DNA of 63,998 bases, the filler included, from Candidatus Hydrogenedentota bacterium (GTDB lineage: Bacteria > JBFMHD01), in NCBI GenBank assembly GCA_040752395.1. It is 10 parts of 10 records of this genome, joined end to end, with 100 filler letters (N's around TTAATTAATTAA, not from the genome) between each part and the next. Parts side by side here need not be neighbours in the genome. Positions count along the whole stretch, not along the records: positions 47,338 to 53,796 come from JBFMHD010000158.1; positions 53,897 to 60,341 come from JBFMHD010000159.1; 8 more parts are not named here. One strand, 5' to 3'. Position numbers and translations under genes: made by a program. Below the pieces are notes generated by a model. That model ran no database searches and was not told the DNA's origin. It saw nothing but the letters and a program-made list of their open reading frames with translations. Below, one piece after another: positions 49,627 to 59,609 of the stretch. Positions within the stretch are counted from its first letter, which is position 1. Every line of letters begins with the position of its first letter.

Positions 49627-50342
49627 TCAGCGATAACCTTAAAGAAAAAATCCTTTAAAGGGACAGAGATATCTTTTTTTGCGAAATTAGAAAGAACTTT
49701 GCCTTCGTGGAGTATGATGATTTTACTTGCGGTCCGTTCGATAAAATCAAGTTCATGAGAACATATAAGCATCGTTATCCCCTCTTTTTTCTTTTCAATA
49801 ATTACGTCCTCAACCATTCTCATTCCGAGCGGGTCAAGACCTGTTAATGGTTCATCAAGTATTAAAAATTCAGGGTTATGGAAGAGAGCCATAGCAAGCC
49901 CCAATCTTTGTAACATACCTTTAGAAAACTTTCCACACATAAGATTCTCTTTGCCATTGAGTTTCACAAACTCAAGTAAGTATTCCATTTTCTGTTTGGT
50001 CTCTGTTTCAGAATAGTTAAACACCCTGCCGAGGAACTCAAATAATTCAGATGGCGTCAGTTCTTCCTGAAGCGATATTTTTTCAGGGAGATACGAGAGT
50101 CTTTCCCGAGAGATTGAAAATCGGGAATCAACACCAAATATTTCTGTCTCTCCGGAATCAGCAGAAATAAAATTTAATATTATTTTTACAGTTGTTGTTT
50201 TACCCGCTCCGTTTAAGCCCAGTAAAGCTACTACTTCACCAGGGAAAATATCGAAACTCACATCTGAGAGGGCAGGGATGTAGTGGGGTACAAATTTATA
50301 AGTCTTTTTTAAATTTTTTACTTTTAATACCGGTTTATCCAT
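49623..50342 (-). CDS. ABC transporter ATP-binding protein (PilH-like)
   Basis: GLNGAGKTT, FSKGMLQR, LDEP..GLDP. Confidence 0.92.
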   Translation of the reverse strand: MDKPVLKVKNLKKTYKFVPHYIPALSDVSFDIFPGEVVALLGLNGAGKTTTVKIILNFISADSGETEIFGVDSRFSISRERLSYLPEKISLQEELTPSELFEFLGRVFNYSETETKQKMEYLLEFVKLNGKENLMCGKFSKGMLQRLGLAMALFHNPEFLILDEPLTGLDPLGMRMVEDVIIEKKKEGITMLICSHELDFIERTASKIIILHEGKVLSNFAKKDISVPLKDFFFKVIAE

Positions 50343-50359
50343 TTTATCAGGTTGTCAGG

Positions 50360-50944
50360 CTACCGCCCACAGCTTAAAACAATCGCTGAAATAAGCGGTA
50401 TAAAAAAATTATCTTTATTTCCCCGAAATATTAATTCAGCTATCGAAGAAACGATAGCGGTAAAAAACAGGATAGTCAAGCTGAAATTAGCATCGAATAA
50501 ATTGTAATTTATAATTAGAGATATTATTAGAGTGGTGCAAAAAAAAGAGAGCGTTCCTTCAAGAGTTTTGGTACCAGAAATTTTTATCCTGCCAAATTTT
50601 TTTCCTATTAAAGAAGCAACAGAATCACCAAAGATAAGAGGAACAAGAGATAAGATAGCCACAGATTTTGGGAAGAGGCATATTATTATAAGGACACCTG
50701 ATATAAAATACACCGTACCAGCAGGTTCCACAGCCTCAGAATCCCGCATAAATTGTTTAAAAAAGAATTGAAATAAAGTATTTATAAAACAAAAAGCAAG
50801 TCTTAGAATTTCTGCTATCGAAACTATTATTAAGATTATTGATACAATTATTTTTGTTGAATCTGAGTTGAAAAAGTAAATAATAAAAGGGAATATCAAC
50901 CCAAAACAGATATGAAAAATTTTACGTTTTATTTCACAAGACAT
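50360..50944 (-). CDS. diacylglycerol/polyprenol (phytol/dolichol) kinase family
   Basis: RKIFH, GDSVASLIG..FG, KTLEG, DNFFIP. Confidence 0.85.
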   Translation of the reverse strand: MSCEIKRKIFHICFGLIFPFIIYFFNSDSTKIIVSIILIIVSIAEILRLAFCFINTLFQFFFKQFMRDSEAVEPAGTVYFISGVLIIICLFPKSVAILSLVPLIFGDSVASLIGKKFGRIKISGTKTLEGTLSFFCTTLIISLIINYNLFDANFSLTILFFTAIVSSIAELIFRGNKDNFFIPLISAIVLSCGR

Positions 50945-51260
50945 AGCTTCACAATGACGGTGTTTGGTTTTCTTGCATCTTGCTTTTTAATCCCACAGAA
51001 GACTGAGGGAATATGGCGATCAGATAAAAAAATATTGCATATTAATATAAATCTATATATGATTTAACAAGAGTTGTAAAAGGATTATTTAATGCTGTAT
51101 AAATAACGAGACTGTAAAAAGAAAAGACACTTCTTATTTCTTACTTTTTTCGTTATCTTGCTTCTTGCTTCTAAACAAAGGCACAAAGGTACAAAGATAA
51201 AAAGATTAAATGCAAATTGCAAATTAGTCTCATTACTAATGCAGAGGTCAATAACTTATT

Positions 51261-52367
51261 ATGAAACAATATTCAATTAAAAGTGGAGATAGAGTAGTCA
51301 TAAAAGTAGGTACCTCACTTATAACCGAGGGCCCCAGACCAAGAAAGAAATTCATATCTGAACTTGCAAGACAGATATCAGTATTAAGAGAATCAGGTAT
51401 TAAAGTGTCACTTGTGAGCTCTGGCGCTGTGGGCACAGGGATGGGCATACTCGGTATTGATAAAAGACCATCAGTTATACAGGAGCATCAGGCAGTCGCC
51501 AGTATAGGTCAGGCGAAACTTATGGAGATTTACAGACAGTTATTTGATACTTATGATATAATGATAGCGCAGATACTTTTAACGCGTGATGATTTAAGCG
51601 ACAGGCGAAGACATCTTAATGCAAAAAATACGATAGAGAAACTTTTTAGTTGGAATGTTTTGCCGATTATTAATGAGAACGATACTGTTGTTGTTGAAGA
51701 ACTGAAATTTGGAGACAATGATAATCTTGCTGCTTTGGTGAGTTTATTAATAGACGCTGATTTTCTTATTATTTTAACAGATGTTGATGGCTTTTATGAT
51801 AAAGATGGAAAGATAATTAGTTTAGTTGATGAAATTACTGATGAGATGAAGAAAATTGCTAAGAATACTGATACTGAGATAAGCAGGGGGGGTATGAACA
51901 GCAAACTTCTGGCTTGCGAAATAGCAATAGAGTCGGGTATCTCTGCAATTATCGCAAATGGCAACGAAAAGGAGATATTAATTAAAATTTTAAATAATGA
52001 AAAAGTAGGGACATTGTTTAAAACTAAGGATACCAGGGTTTCAGGGAGAAAACGATGGATAGCATATCATATGAAAAAGAAAGGGAGTTTAGTAATTGAT
52101 GATGGAGCAGCTGTTGCATTAAAAGAAAAAGGCAAGAGCTTGTTACCATCGGGTATCACAGAGGTAAACGGTAGATTCGAACGCGGTGATGCTGTAGAAA
52201 TCATAGATAAAAATAAAAATGTTCTCGGAGCAGGAATAGTTCAATATGATTTTGCCGAAGTAAATGAAATTAAAGGGGCTCAAAGTAAAGATATTGAGAA
52301 AAGGCTGGGTTATACATTTGGCAGTGAGGTGATACACAGAGATGATATGGTTATATCTGGTGAATAA
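51261..52367 (+). CDS. proB: glutamate 5-kinase
   Basis: VIKVGTS, VSSGAV, PIINENDTV, FGDND, GGM.SK, PUA domain. Confidence 0.96.
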   Translation: MKQYSIKSGDRVVIKVGTSLITEGPRPRKKFISELARQISVLRESGIKVSLVSSGAVGTGMGILGIDKRPSVIQEHQAVASIGQAKLMEIYRQLFDTYDIMIAQILLTRDDLSDRRRHLNAKNTIEKLFSWNVLPIINENDTVVVEELKFGDNDNLAALVSLLIDADFLIILTDVDGFYDKDGKIISLVDEITDEMKKIAKNTDTEISRGGMNSKLLACEIAIESGISAIIANGNEKEILIKILNNEKVGTLFKTKDTRVSGRKRWIAYHMKKKGSLVIDDGAAVALKEKGKSLLPSGITEVNGRFERGDAVEIIDKNKNVLGAGIVQYDFAEVNEIKGAQSKDIEKRLGYTFGSEVIHRDDMVISGE

Positions 52368-52370
52368 ATA

Positions 52371-53618
52371 ATGGGAAGAATTTTGCTTTTTATTATAGAT
52401 TTTATCTTTATTATTACAGCTTCTTTTATCGCTTTCTATTTAAGATTTAATACCCTTGCTACTGAAGAGTTAGTTGAATGGATTAGATTCTTGAAAAGCC
52501 TGCCGTTTTACATATCGTTTGTTATGCTCTATCTCATCTTAAATAACGAATATAGAAGATTAATGCTGGGAAATCTCTGGGACAGGATAGGGACAGCCAT
52601 CGAGGGTATAACCATAGGTGTCTTTTTAACTATATGTGCTTATATTCTTGGTAATGATAGAGAATTCTCAAGATTATTAATTATATACCAATGGTTATTG
52701 AGTGTAGTATTTATCTTGATAATAAGAATCGTTGATTATAATTTTCAGATAAGAAAAATAAATGGTTGCATTATTATAAAAGAAGGCGAACCTATAACGA
52801 TGAAAAATGTTACACCGGTAAAATTTAAAAATGAAAATTTATGGGAAGAGATAGGTAAAACAGAGTGCGATTATGTTATTATTCCCGTAGGTTTAGTAAG
52901 AGAAGAAGGTTTTGGTTTTATTGAAAGAATATTAAGATATATTGATATCCCGATACTTTTTCTTCCACAAAAACAGGATTGCGTTTTTTTATCTGGTAAT
53001 CCCGTTATATATAATGAAAGAACCTATTTCCTCTTAAGTAAAGAAACAGTTTTTTTTAAAAAAGTTCTTAAAAGATTTATTGATGTTATACTATCCGTAA
53101 CTTTGATTATATTTTTAACTCCATTATTTTGCATCATTTATATTTTAATTAAAATCAGCAGATATGGTTCCTGTATTTTTATCCAGGAAAGGGTTGGTCA
53201 ATACGGTAAGATATTCAGACTCTATAAATTTAGAACGATGAGAGAGGGGGTAGCTGGCCCCAGGGTGACTGATATAAACGATCCGCGAATTACTGCAATC
53301 GGAAGAATATTAAGAAGATTCAGTCTTGATGAATTACCACAGCTTTTTAATATATTAAAGGGTGATATGAGTTTTGTGGGACCGAGACCGGAAATAAGAG
53401 AGATAGTTGAAAATTATGATGAGTGGCAGAGGAGAGTCCTATCAGTGAAACCAGGGTTAACCGGGTTATCCCAGGTATCAGGCAGAGATGACCTCTCTAT
53501 AAATGAAAAATTAATACTTGATATTTATTATGTCCATCATTATAAAATCTGGCTTGATTTATGGATTATGTTAAAAACATTTATTGTAGTTTTACAGGGC
53601 AAGGGTGCAAGATATTAA
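52371..53618 (+). CDS. polyprenyl-phosphate sugar phosphotransferase
   Basis: KRFID, YKFRTM, DPRIT, LDELPQ, GDMSFVGPRPE, KPGLTG. Confidence 0.92.
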   Translation: MGRILLFIIDFIFIITASFIAFYLRFNTLATEELVEWIRFLKSLPFYISFVMLYLILNNEYRRLMLGNLWDRIGTAIEGITIGVFLTICAYILGNDREFSRLLIIYQWLLSVVFILIIRIVDYNFQIRKINGCIIIKEGEPITMKNVTPVKFKNENLWEEIGKTECDYVIIPVGLVREEGFGFIERILRYIDIPILFLPQKQDCVFLSGNPVIYNERTYFLLSKETVFFKKVLKRFIDVILSVTLIIFLTPLFCIIYILIKISRYGSCIFIQERVGQYGKIFRLYKFRTMREGVAGPRVTDINDPRITAIGRILRRFSLDELPQLFNILKGDMSFVGPRPEIREIVENYDEWQRRVLSVKPGLTGLSQVSGRDDLSINEKLILDIYYVHHYKIWLDLWIMLKTFIVVLQGKGARY

Positions 53619-53619
53619 A

Positions 53620-53796
53620 TAGAGGCAAGAGGCAAGATAACGGAAAGCAAGATAACGAAAGAGGCACAAAGGCACAAAGGATATTAGGGGATGGGTCATA
53701 GGGGATGGGGTATATTAGGGGTCGGGAGTCGAGAGTCGTGAGTCAAAACAGGACTCAAGACTCAAGACTCAAGACTTTTCAGCAGGCTCTGGGCTT
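53620..53796 (+). repeat. modular repeat running into the contig end
   Basis: (GAGGCAA), GCAAGATAACG, (GGCACAAA), GAGTCGTGAGTCAAAACAGGACTCAAGACTCAAG. Confidence 0.9.
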
Positions 53797-53896
53797 NNNN
53801 NNNNNNNNNNNNNNNNNNNNNNNNNNNNNNNNNNNNNNNNTTAATTAATTAANNNNNNNNNNNNNNNNNNNNNNNNNNNNNNNNNNNNNNNNNNNN

Positions 53897-54365
53897 GAGA
53901 TAAAATTCCTCGCCAGGTTTTTGACTGATACTGCCATAAATTACCAGCATCAAAAGGTAATAACGGAATGATATTTATCAGAGCTAACAAAAGATTGGAT
54001 TCTAAAAAGAAGATAAAAAAAGCTTTAAGCAAAGTAGTGAAATGAATAAATTTTAACAAAATAAATGTTATACAACCAAGAATAATATTTATAATAATTC
54101 CAGCAAGAATCATTTTGGGAGGGTCGTTTTTTGGATTAATATATCTTTCAGTATGTATATGCGGTGAATGTGCCCACCCTATGATAGGTAAATCAGCAAA
54201 ATAAAATAATAATGGTCCTATAAAAGAACCAAGCGCATCAAAAGGAATAAAAATAAGCTTTATTCTTCTGATTTTATCAAAACCGTCATCACCTAAAAAA
54301 TACGCTGTAAAACCATGAGCAAACTCATGAATAATAAGCGCCAGAGCAAAAACCAAAAGTCTCAT
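53897..54365 (-). CDS. site-2 protease family (M50), 3' truncated
   Basis: HEFAH, NIIPLLPFDAG. Confidence 0.8.
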
Positions 54366-54377
54366 TTATTCTACTAT

Positions 54378-54477
54378 ACCCCCTCTGCTGAAAAACTTTG
54401 TGACTATAATAATATCTAATAGAGGCAAGAAGCAAGAAGCAAGATAACGAAAAAAGTAAGAAGTGAGAGGTATCAGA
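54378..54477 (-). repeat. modular repeat end-module between two M50 genes
   Basis: Reverse complement CTGATACCTCTCACTTC...TTGCTTC...GATATTATTATAGTCACAAAGTTTTTCAGCAGAGG. Confidence 0.85.
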
Positions 54478-54506
54478 AAAAGGAAGTTCATTATCTTACT
54501 TCTAAT

Positions 54507-55178
54507 TTATAAAAACATTAATATTTTATTTATAGCTAATCCTGTTGTCAAGGATATAAAGAATAAAGTGGGTAAGTAGAGTATATAAGAAAGAATATTA
54601 AGATTAAAGTGAGAGTCTGTGATAAGTAATAATAGTAAAATAAATATACCCCAGCGCTCAGTACTTCCAAACTTGATTTTATATTTTAATGGCAGTAGCT
54701 CATATAAGATTCGGCCACCATCAAGTGGTAATAATGGTATAAGATTAAACATCAGCAATACACCATTTATACCAGCTCCTATTAATAAAACTTTGATTAG
54801 ATAAAAATAAAAAACATCAATCACTTCGATATTCAATGCTATAATTCTGATTATAATACATATAAATAAAAGTAAACCAAAATTAGATAAAGGTCCTGCT
54901 GCTGCAACATATAACATCCCCTTTTTTAATCTTATCCTGTGAGGATTAACAGGTACTGGTTTTGCATATCCAAAAGGGAAAAATCCTGCGAGTGTAAGAA
55001 GTATTAATATAGCGCCAAATGGATCAAAATGTCTTAGAGGATTTAATGTTAACCTGCTATTTTCTTTAGCTGTTGTATCGCCGAGAAGCAAAGCACAATA
55101 TCCATGTGCTACTTCATGAATAATTATTGAAAAAACAACTATTGGCAGAATTAATATTATTTCCTTTATATCTCTCAA
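54507..55178 (-). CDS. site-2 protease family (M50, YwhC-like)
   Basis: HEVAHG, GDTTA..RLTLNPL.H.DP, AKPVPVN, AAAGP, FNLIP..PLDGG. Confidence 0.92.
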   Translation of the reverse strand: MRDIKEIILILPIVVFSIIIHEVAHGYCALLLGDTTAKENSRLTLNPLRHFDPFGAILILLTLAGFFPFGYAKPVPVNPHRIRLKKGMLYVAAAGPLSNFGLLLFICIIIRIIALNIEVIDVFYFYLIKVLLIGAGINGVLLMFNLIPLLPLDGGRILYELLPLKYKIKFGSTERWGIFILLLLLITDSHFNLNILSYILYLPTLFFISLTTGLAINKILMFL

Positions 55179-55264
55179 GGTGAACCACCAACCACAAGCT
55201 TACCTCAACACCAATACGCCCCCCACTGTATTGGTGCAGGATGATGTATAGGTGTGGGAGTAAA

Positions 55265-55837
55265 TCAGAACTGGATGGGAAGTTCATTAGGGTCAGGAAC
55301 GAAAACAGCCGCAGCAAGCACAGATGTCCATAACCCGTTTTTATTACCTACTGCGGTTTGTGTTACATTCATAGTTTTATATATTTTACCTGATATTCTC
55401 CATATTTCGCGTTTTTTATCCCAGGATTCATCCGGGTCAAATTCCACACCTAAAATCGTCGTAAGCATATCAGCTGCTAAATCCTCTGCATAATCACCTG
55501 CTTTTTTCTCGGTCTGACCAAAACTATGATGTTCAGAAAGATAGCCATAATTGCTTCTATCTTTAGGTATAGCAACCCCTACTGAGGCTGCTAATAATCT
55601 GTGCGGTTCATTTGTACTGTTTCTGCTCATAACAGTAAAAACGATCTGGCCTGGTTTCAGTAAAGCCAGGGCATCTTTTTTGGGAATTATTTTACAATGT
55701 GGCGGCAAAATACTCGATACGCTAACTAAATTAAATTCAGCGATACCTGCATCTCGCAGAGCGAGCTCAAAACTTGCGAGCTGTTCTCTATGTTTACCAA
55801 CACCATTTGTTAGAAATAGTTTTTGTGGTATAAACAT
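55265..55837 (-). CDS. pdaD: pyruvoyl-dependent arginine decarboxylase
   Basis: LASFELALRDAGI..FNLVSVSSILPP, YGYLSEHH. Confidence 0.9.
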   Translation of the reverse strand: MFIPQKLFLTNGVGKHREQLASFELALRDAGIAEFNLVSVSSILPPHCKIIPKKDALALLKPGQIVFTVMSRNSTNEPHRLLAASVGVAIPKDRSNYGYLSEHHSFGQTEKKAGDYAEDLAADMLTTILGVEFDPDESWDKKREIWRISGKIYKTMNVTQTAVGNKNGLWTSVLAAAVFVPDPNELPIQF

Positions 55838-55940
55838 TTTAATTATCTCAATTTTAAAATTTACATTTTTAATTAATACTTGTCAACTTTTTTTAAAAAA
55901 ATTAATATAATTTTAAGAATTTATTTTCTGAGTATTTTTT

Positions 55941-56756
55941 ATGAATTTAGAATTTATAAAAATGACAGGTGCAGGCAATGATTTTATAATGATCGATAAC
56001 AGATATCTAAAAATTGCCAACCCTTCTCAACTCGCAGTTACTTTGTGTCCCCGTGGTACATCAGTCGGTGCAGATGGTATTATACTTATTGAAAATTCAA
56101 AGGATTACGATTTTAAGATGCGCATCATTAATTCAGATGGTTCAGAGGCTGAGATGTGCGGCAACGGCGCCCGATGCGCTGTGAATTTCGCAAAAATCTT
56201 AAATATTATTAAATCTGATTCAACTTCTTTTGAAACTCTCGCAGGCGATATAAAAGGATGGATTATAAATGATAGAGAAACAAGAATTACTTTGCCTCTG
56301 CTTTCATCTGTTAAACTTAATCAAAAACTCATTATTGATAATACTGAATACCTGTATCATTTTGCAAACGTAGGTGTCCCACATACAGTCGTATTCGTAG
56401 ACGAGTTAGATAGTATCAATGTAAATGAGATTGGTAAAAAAATAAGGTTTCACACTGATTTTAAACCAACAGGAACAAATGCTGATTTTGTAAAAATTTG
56501 TAATAAAAATAATATATCTATACGAACTTATGAACGTGGTGTAGAAAAAGAGACACTCGCTTGTGGTACCGGTGCTACTGCTGCTGCTATTATAAGTATC
56601 TTTCTAAACAAAACAAAATCACCTGTGGATGTTATAACAAGAAGCGGACTAATACTCAAAATAAACTGTAAAATTGTAAATAATAAGATCGACCTTCTAA
56701 CAATTCAGGGTGAATCAAGGGTTGTATATAAGGGTTATAGCGTTATTGCGTTATAG
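55941..56756 (+). CDS. dapF: diaminopimelate epimerase
   Basis: KMTGAGNDF, GADG, NSDGS.AEMCGNG, GVPH, TYERGVE.ETLACGTG. Confidence 0.97.
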   Translation: MNLEFIKMTGAGNDFIMIDNRYLKIANPSQLAVTLCPRGTSVGADGIILIENSKDYDFKMRIINSDGSEAEMCGNGARCAVNFAKILNIIKSDSTSFETLAGDIKGWIINDRETRITLPLLSSVKLNQKLIIDNTEYLYHFANVGVPHTVVFVDELDSINVNEIGKKIRFHTDFKPTGTNADFVKICNKNNISIRTYERGVEKETLACGTGATAAAIISIFLNKTKSPVDVITRSGLILKINCKIVNNKIDLLTIQGESRVVYKGYSVIAL

Positions 56757-56772
56757 CGTTATGATTTAAAAC

Positions 56773-56808
56773 AAAAAGGAGCAGGCATTAAATACCTGCT
56801 CCTTTTTT
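56773..56808. terminator. bidirectional intrinsic terminator
   Basis: AAAAGGAGCAGG-loop-CCTGCTCCTTTTTT. Confidence 0.85.
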
Positions 56809-56929
56809 AATATCTCGGAGTAAATCCCACCACCAATTGTGGTGACGAGCCATCAGCTCGCCACTACTTCTACTACTCGTTTGGTGTGTGGGAGTAAAAG
56901 CCCTTGCTGGCTTTTAAAAGAGGGAATCT

Positions 56930-57148
56930 TTAACCAACTTCATTTACATTGGCTCCAATCCCCTGGTCAGCAAGAACTGCCTGCACTGCAACGTTTTGCT
57001 GCGGCGGAGCCTCATTTTCACCACCTGCACCTGCCTCTGGCGGCAATATAGCCGGATTCGGTATCAGGTCAGCTGGTGAAGGTGGTTGTGGTGTTGCAGT
57101 ACCTGCAACTTGAAGCCCTCCGATAGCTCCATCCACTGGTCCCACCAT
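56930..57148 (-). CDS. small Pro/Ala/Gln-rich acidic protein
   Basis: 72 aa; AGGAGGG SD; TTGACA-N16-TATAAT at 57251-57224. Confidence 0.7.
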   Translation of the reverse strand: MVGPVDGAIGGLQVAGTATPQPPSPADLIPNPAILPPEAGAGGENEAPPQQNVAVQAVLADQGIGANVNEVG

Positions 57149-57334
57149 ATAAATCCCTCCTTGTAATAAGATTTTCTCATCATTACAACCATCGGTCGTA
57201 AGTTAGAGAATACTACATTATATATTATAATCACTTTTTAAAATTTGTCAAGACAAAAATTTTAAAAATTTTAAGTTTAGTGTTTGGTGGTTGGTTATAG
57301 GTTTTGGATTTTAATCTTGTTTCTTGCCTCTTAA

Positions 57335-58138
57335 TCATAGCCTGTAATACGTGGGTTCGGGATAAAAACCCAAGAAATTTGAGGCTAATTTATGAAAATA
57401 CTCTGATTCATCTGATAGATAAAAATATCTGCTGCCATCATTCAAACTATGATTTTTTAAATCAAGTCTATGAAGAGTCATCTCTACTTCTTTAACCACA
57501 ACACTTGCAGAGTCTATTATTTTTACTCTATCATTAAAATATTTTGAGATATTATCTTTAATTAATGGGTAATGGGTACAACCTAAAAGTAAAGTATCGA
57601 GACCTGTCTCTTTTAATTCCTTTAAATAATGCTCAATTGTCTTAGCAGTTATCTCATTATCAATAAGACCCTCCTCTATTAATGGTACGAATAAGGGGCA
57701 AGCTTTTGCATATACTTTTATTTCGGGATTCAATTCTCTTATTTTTTTGGTGTAAATATTACTATGAATAGTTGATCTTGTACCTATTACTCCAACAACA
57801 CCTGTTTTTGTTTGATTTACAAGTTCTTTCACCCCCGGTTCTATAACACCGATCATAGGCACAGGACTGATACTTCTTAAATCATCCAGTGCAAGCGAGC
57901 TTGCGGTATTGCAGGCAACGACAACCATTTTAACCTTTTTATCAAGTAAAAATTCAAGTATCTCACGTGAAAACTTTATAACAGTTTCTTTAGATTTTGT
58001 TCCATAAGGTAATCTTGCTGTATCCCCAAAATAGATAATATTTTCAGAACTTATTTTTTTTACAATCTCTTTAAATACAGTTAGCCCCCCTACCCCTGAA
58101 TCAAATATACCTATTGGTCTTTTTTCTTTTCTCTCCAT
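57335..58138 (-). CDS. murI: glutamate racemase
   Basis: IGIFDSGVGGLTV, PYGTKS, ACNTAS, LGCTHYP. Confidence 0.97.
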   Translation of the reverse strand: MERKEKRPIGIFDSGVGGLTVFKEIVKKISSENIIYFGDTARLPYGTKSKETVIKFSREILEFLLDKKVKMVVVACNTASSLALDDLRSISPVPMIGVIEPGVKELVNQTKTGVVGVIGTRSTIHSNIYTKKIRELNPEIKVYAKACPLFVPLIEEGLIDNEITAKTIEHYLKELKETGLDTLLLGCTHYPLIKDNISKYFNDRVKIIDSASVVVKEVEMTLHRLDLKNHSLNDGSRYFYLSDESEYFHKLASNFLGFYPEPTYYRL

Positions 58139-59376
58139 TTATCTAATCTCTCTTTAATAATTTTTTCATAGCCTCTATTCGTAGGTCTATAGAATATTTT
58201 TTCGTTTTGCATATAATTCTGTTTCACAAAACCTTCACTAAATGAATGGGGGTATAAATAATCTTCTCCTCGTTTATTAAAAAAATCACCTGTTCTTAGA
58301 TGTTGTGGTACAGCTTGCTCATCTTTTTTTATTTCTTTGAGTGCTTCTTCAATTGCGAGATAGCTTGCGTTACTTTTCGGAGCTGTTGCAAGATAAGTAA
58401 CAGCCTGCGCAAGATTTATTCTAGCCTCAGGTAACCCTACAATATCAAAAGCGAGCGATGCATTGCAGGCCACGTTAAGTGCCTGTGGGTCAGCATTGCC
58501 TATATCTTCTGAGGCAAAGATTATCATTCTTCGCGTTATAAATCTCGGGTCTTCACCTGATTCTAACATACGCGCAAGCCAGTAAAGCGCAGCATCAGGA
58601 TTAGAGCCGCGTAAACTTTTTATGAATGCTGAGACTATATCATAATGATAATCGCCGTCTCTATCGTATCGCACCATTCTATATGGCACAACATTTTTTA
58701 GCTCGGCTAATGTCCTTGTATCGCATAATATCGCTATCTCAAGAATATTTAAAGCAACCCGGGCATCACCACCTGAAAACTCTATGATAAACTCTATACA
58801 CTCGTCTTTTGTAGCAAAAAAATTCTCTTTATCTAATTTCATAAGTGCTCGTTTAATTATCTTTTTTATCTCTTCTTTAGTTAAAACCTCTAACCTGAAA
58901 ACAAGACATCTTGAGATTAAAGGCGGAATTATATAAAAAGCAGGGTTTAATGTTGTAACCCCTATGATCGTATAAATATTATTCTCAACATCGTCAAGTA
59001 ACGCATCCTGCTGTGCTTTATTAAACCTGTGTATCTCGTCGATAAACAGAATGGTTCTTTTTTTATATAAATTCAGTCTATTCTTTGATTCTTCCCTTAT
59101 TCTTCTTATATCCTCCACCCTTGAGGTAACAGCATTTAATAACTCAACCTCTGCATTCTGAGATTTTGCAATAATATATCCGAGTGTGGTTTTCCCAGAA
59201 CCGGGTGGCCCATACATAATTATAGACACAGGTAATCCCTTCTCTATAACTCTTCTTAATGGTTTGTCTTTAGCGAGAATATGTTCCTGACCAATAAATT
59301 CTTCGATATTTTCAGGTCTAAGTCTCACACTTAAACTTTTATTAGATTCTTTATTAGTTTCTTCAAACATATCCAT
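58111..59376 (-). CDS. rarA: replication-associated recombination protein A
   Basis: GPPGSGKTT, DEIHRFNKAQQD, GDAR, HYD..SAFIKS.RGS, SEDIGNADP. Confidence 0.96.
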   Translation of the reverse strand: MDMFEETNKESNKSLSVRLRPENIEEFIGQEHILAKDKPLRRVIEKGLPVSIIMYGPPGSGKTTLGYIIAKSQNAEVELLNAVTSRVEDIRRIREESKNRLNLYKKRTILFIDEIHRFNKAQQDALLDDVENNIYTIIGVTTLNPAFYIIPPLISRCLVFRLEVLTKEEIKKIIKRALMKLDKENFFATKDECIEFIIEFSGGDARVALNILEIAILCDTRTLAELKNVVPYRMVRYDRDGDYHYDIVSAFIKSLRGSNPDAALYWLARMLESGEDPRFITRRMIIFASEDIGNADPQALNVACNASLAFDIVGLPEARINLAQAVTYLATAPKSNASYLAIEEALKEIKKDEQAVPQHLRTGDFFNKRGEDYLYPHSFSEGFVKQNYMQNEKIFYRPTNRGYEKIIKERLDKWREKKKDQ

Positions 59377-59409
59377 TTTATCAGCCCTACCACTCCTTTT
59401 AATCTTTAT

Positions 59410-59605
59410 AGCCCCGTCCTGCTGTGTGTAGCGACTCTGTTTGACCCCGAAACCATCAGGTGGGTGCCGAAAGCCGAGGCTTAGTTCTCCAGCACTTTAT
59501 TATAATAAAATAAAGTGAGGGGCGTCACCGCTTGTCGGCGACACGGCTCCCTTTAATAATAGTGTTGGATCGAACATCGCCGCACATCACATACAGGACA
59601 GGAAT
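59410..59605 (-). ncRNA. ssrS: 6S RNA
   Basis: About 195-nt rod: 5' CCUGUCCUG pairs with 3' CAGGACGGG; GAUCCAACAC...AAGGGAGC and GGCACCCACCUG...GGGGUCAAA; upstream of rarA, a known ssrS context. Confidence 0.8.
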
Positions 59606-59609
59606 AACT

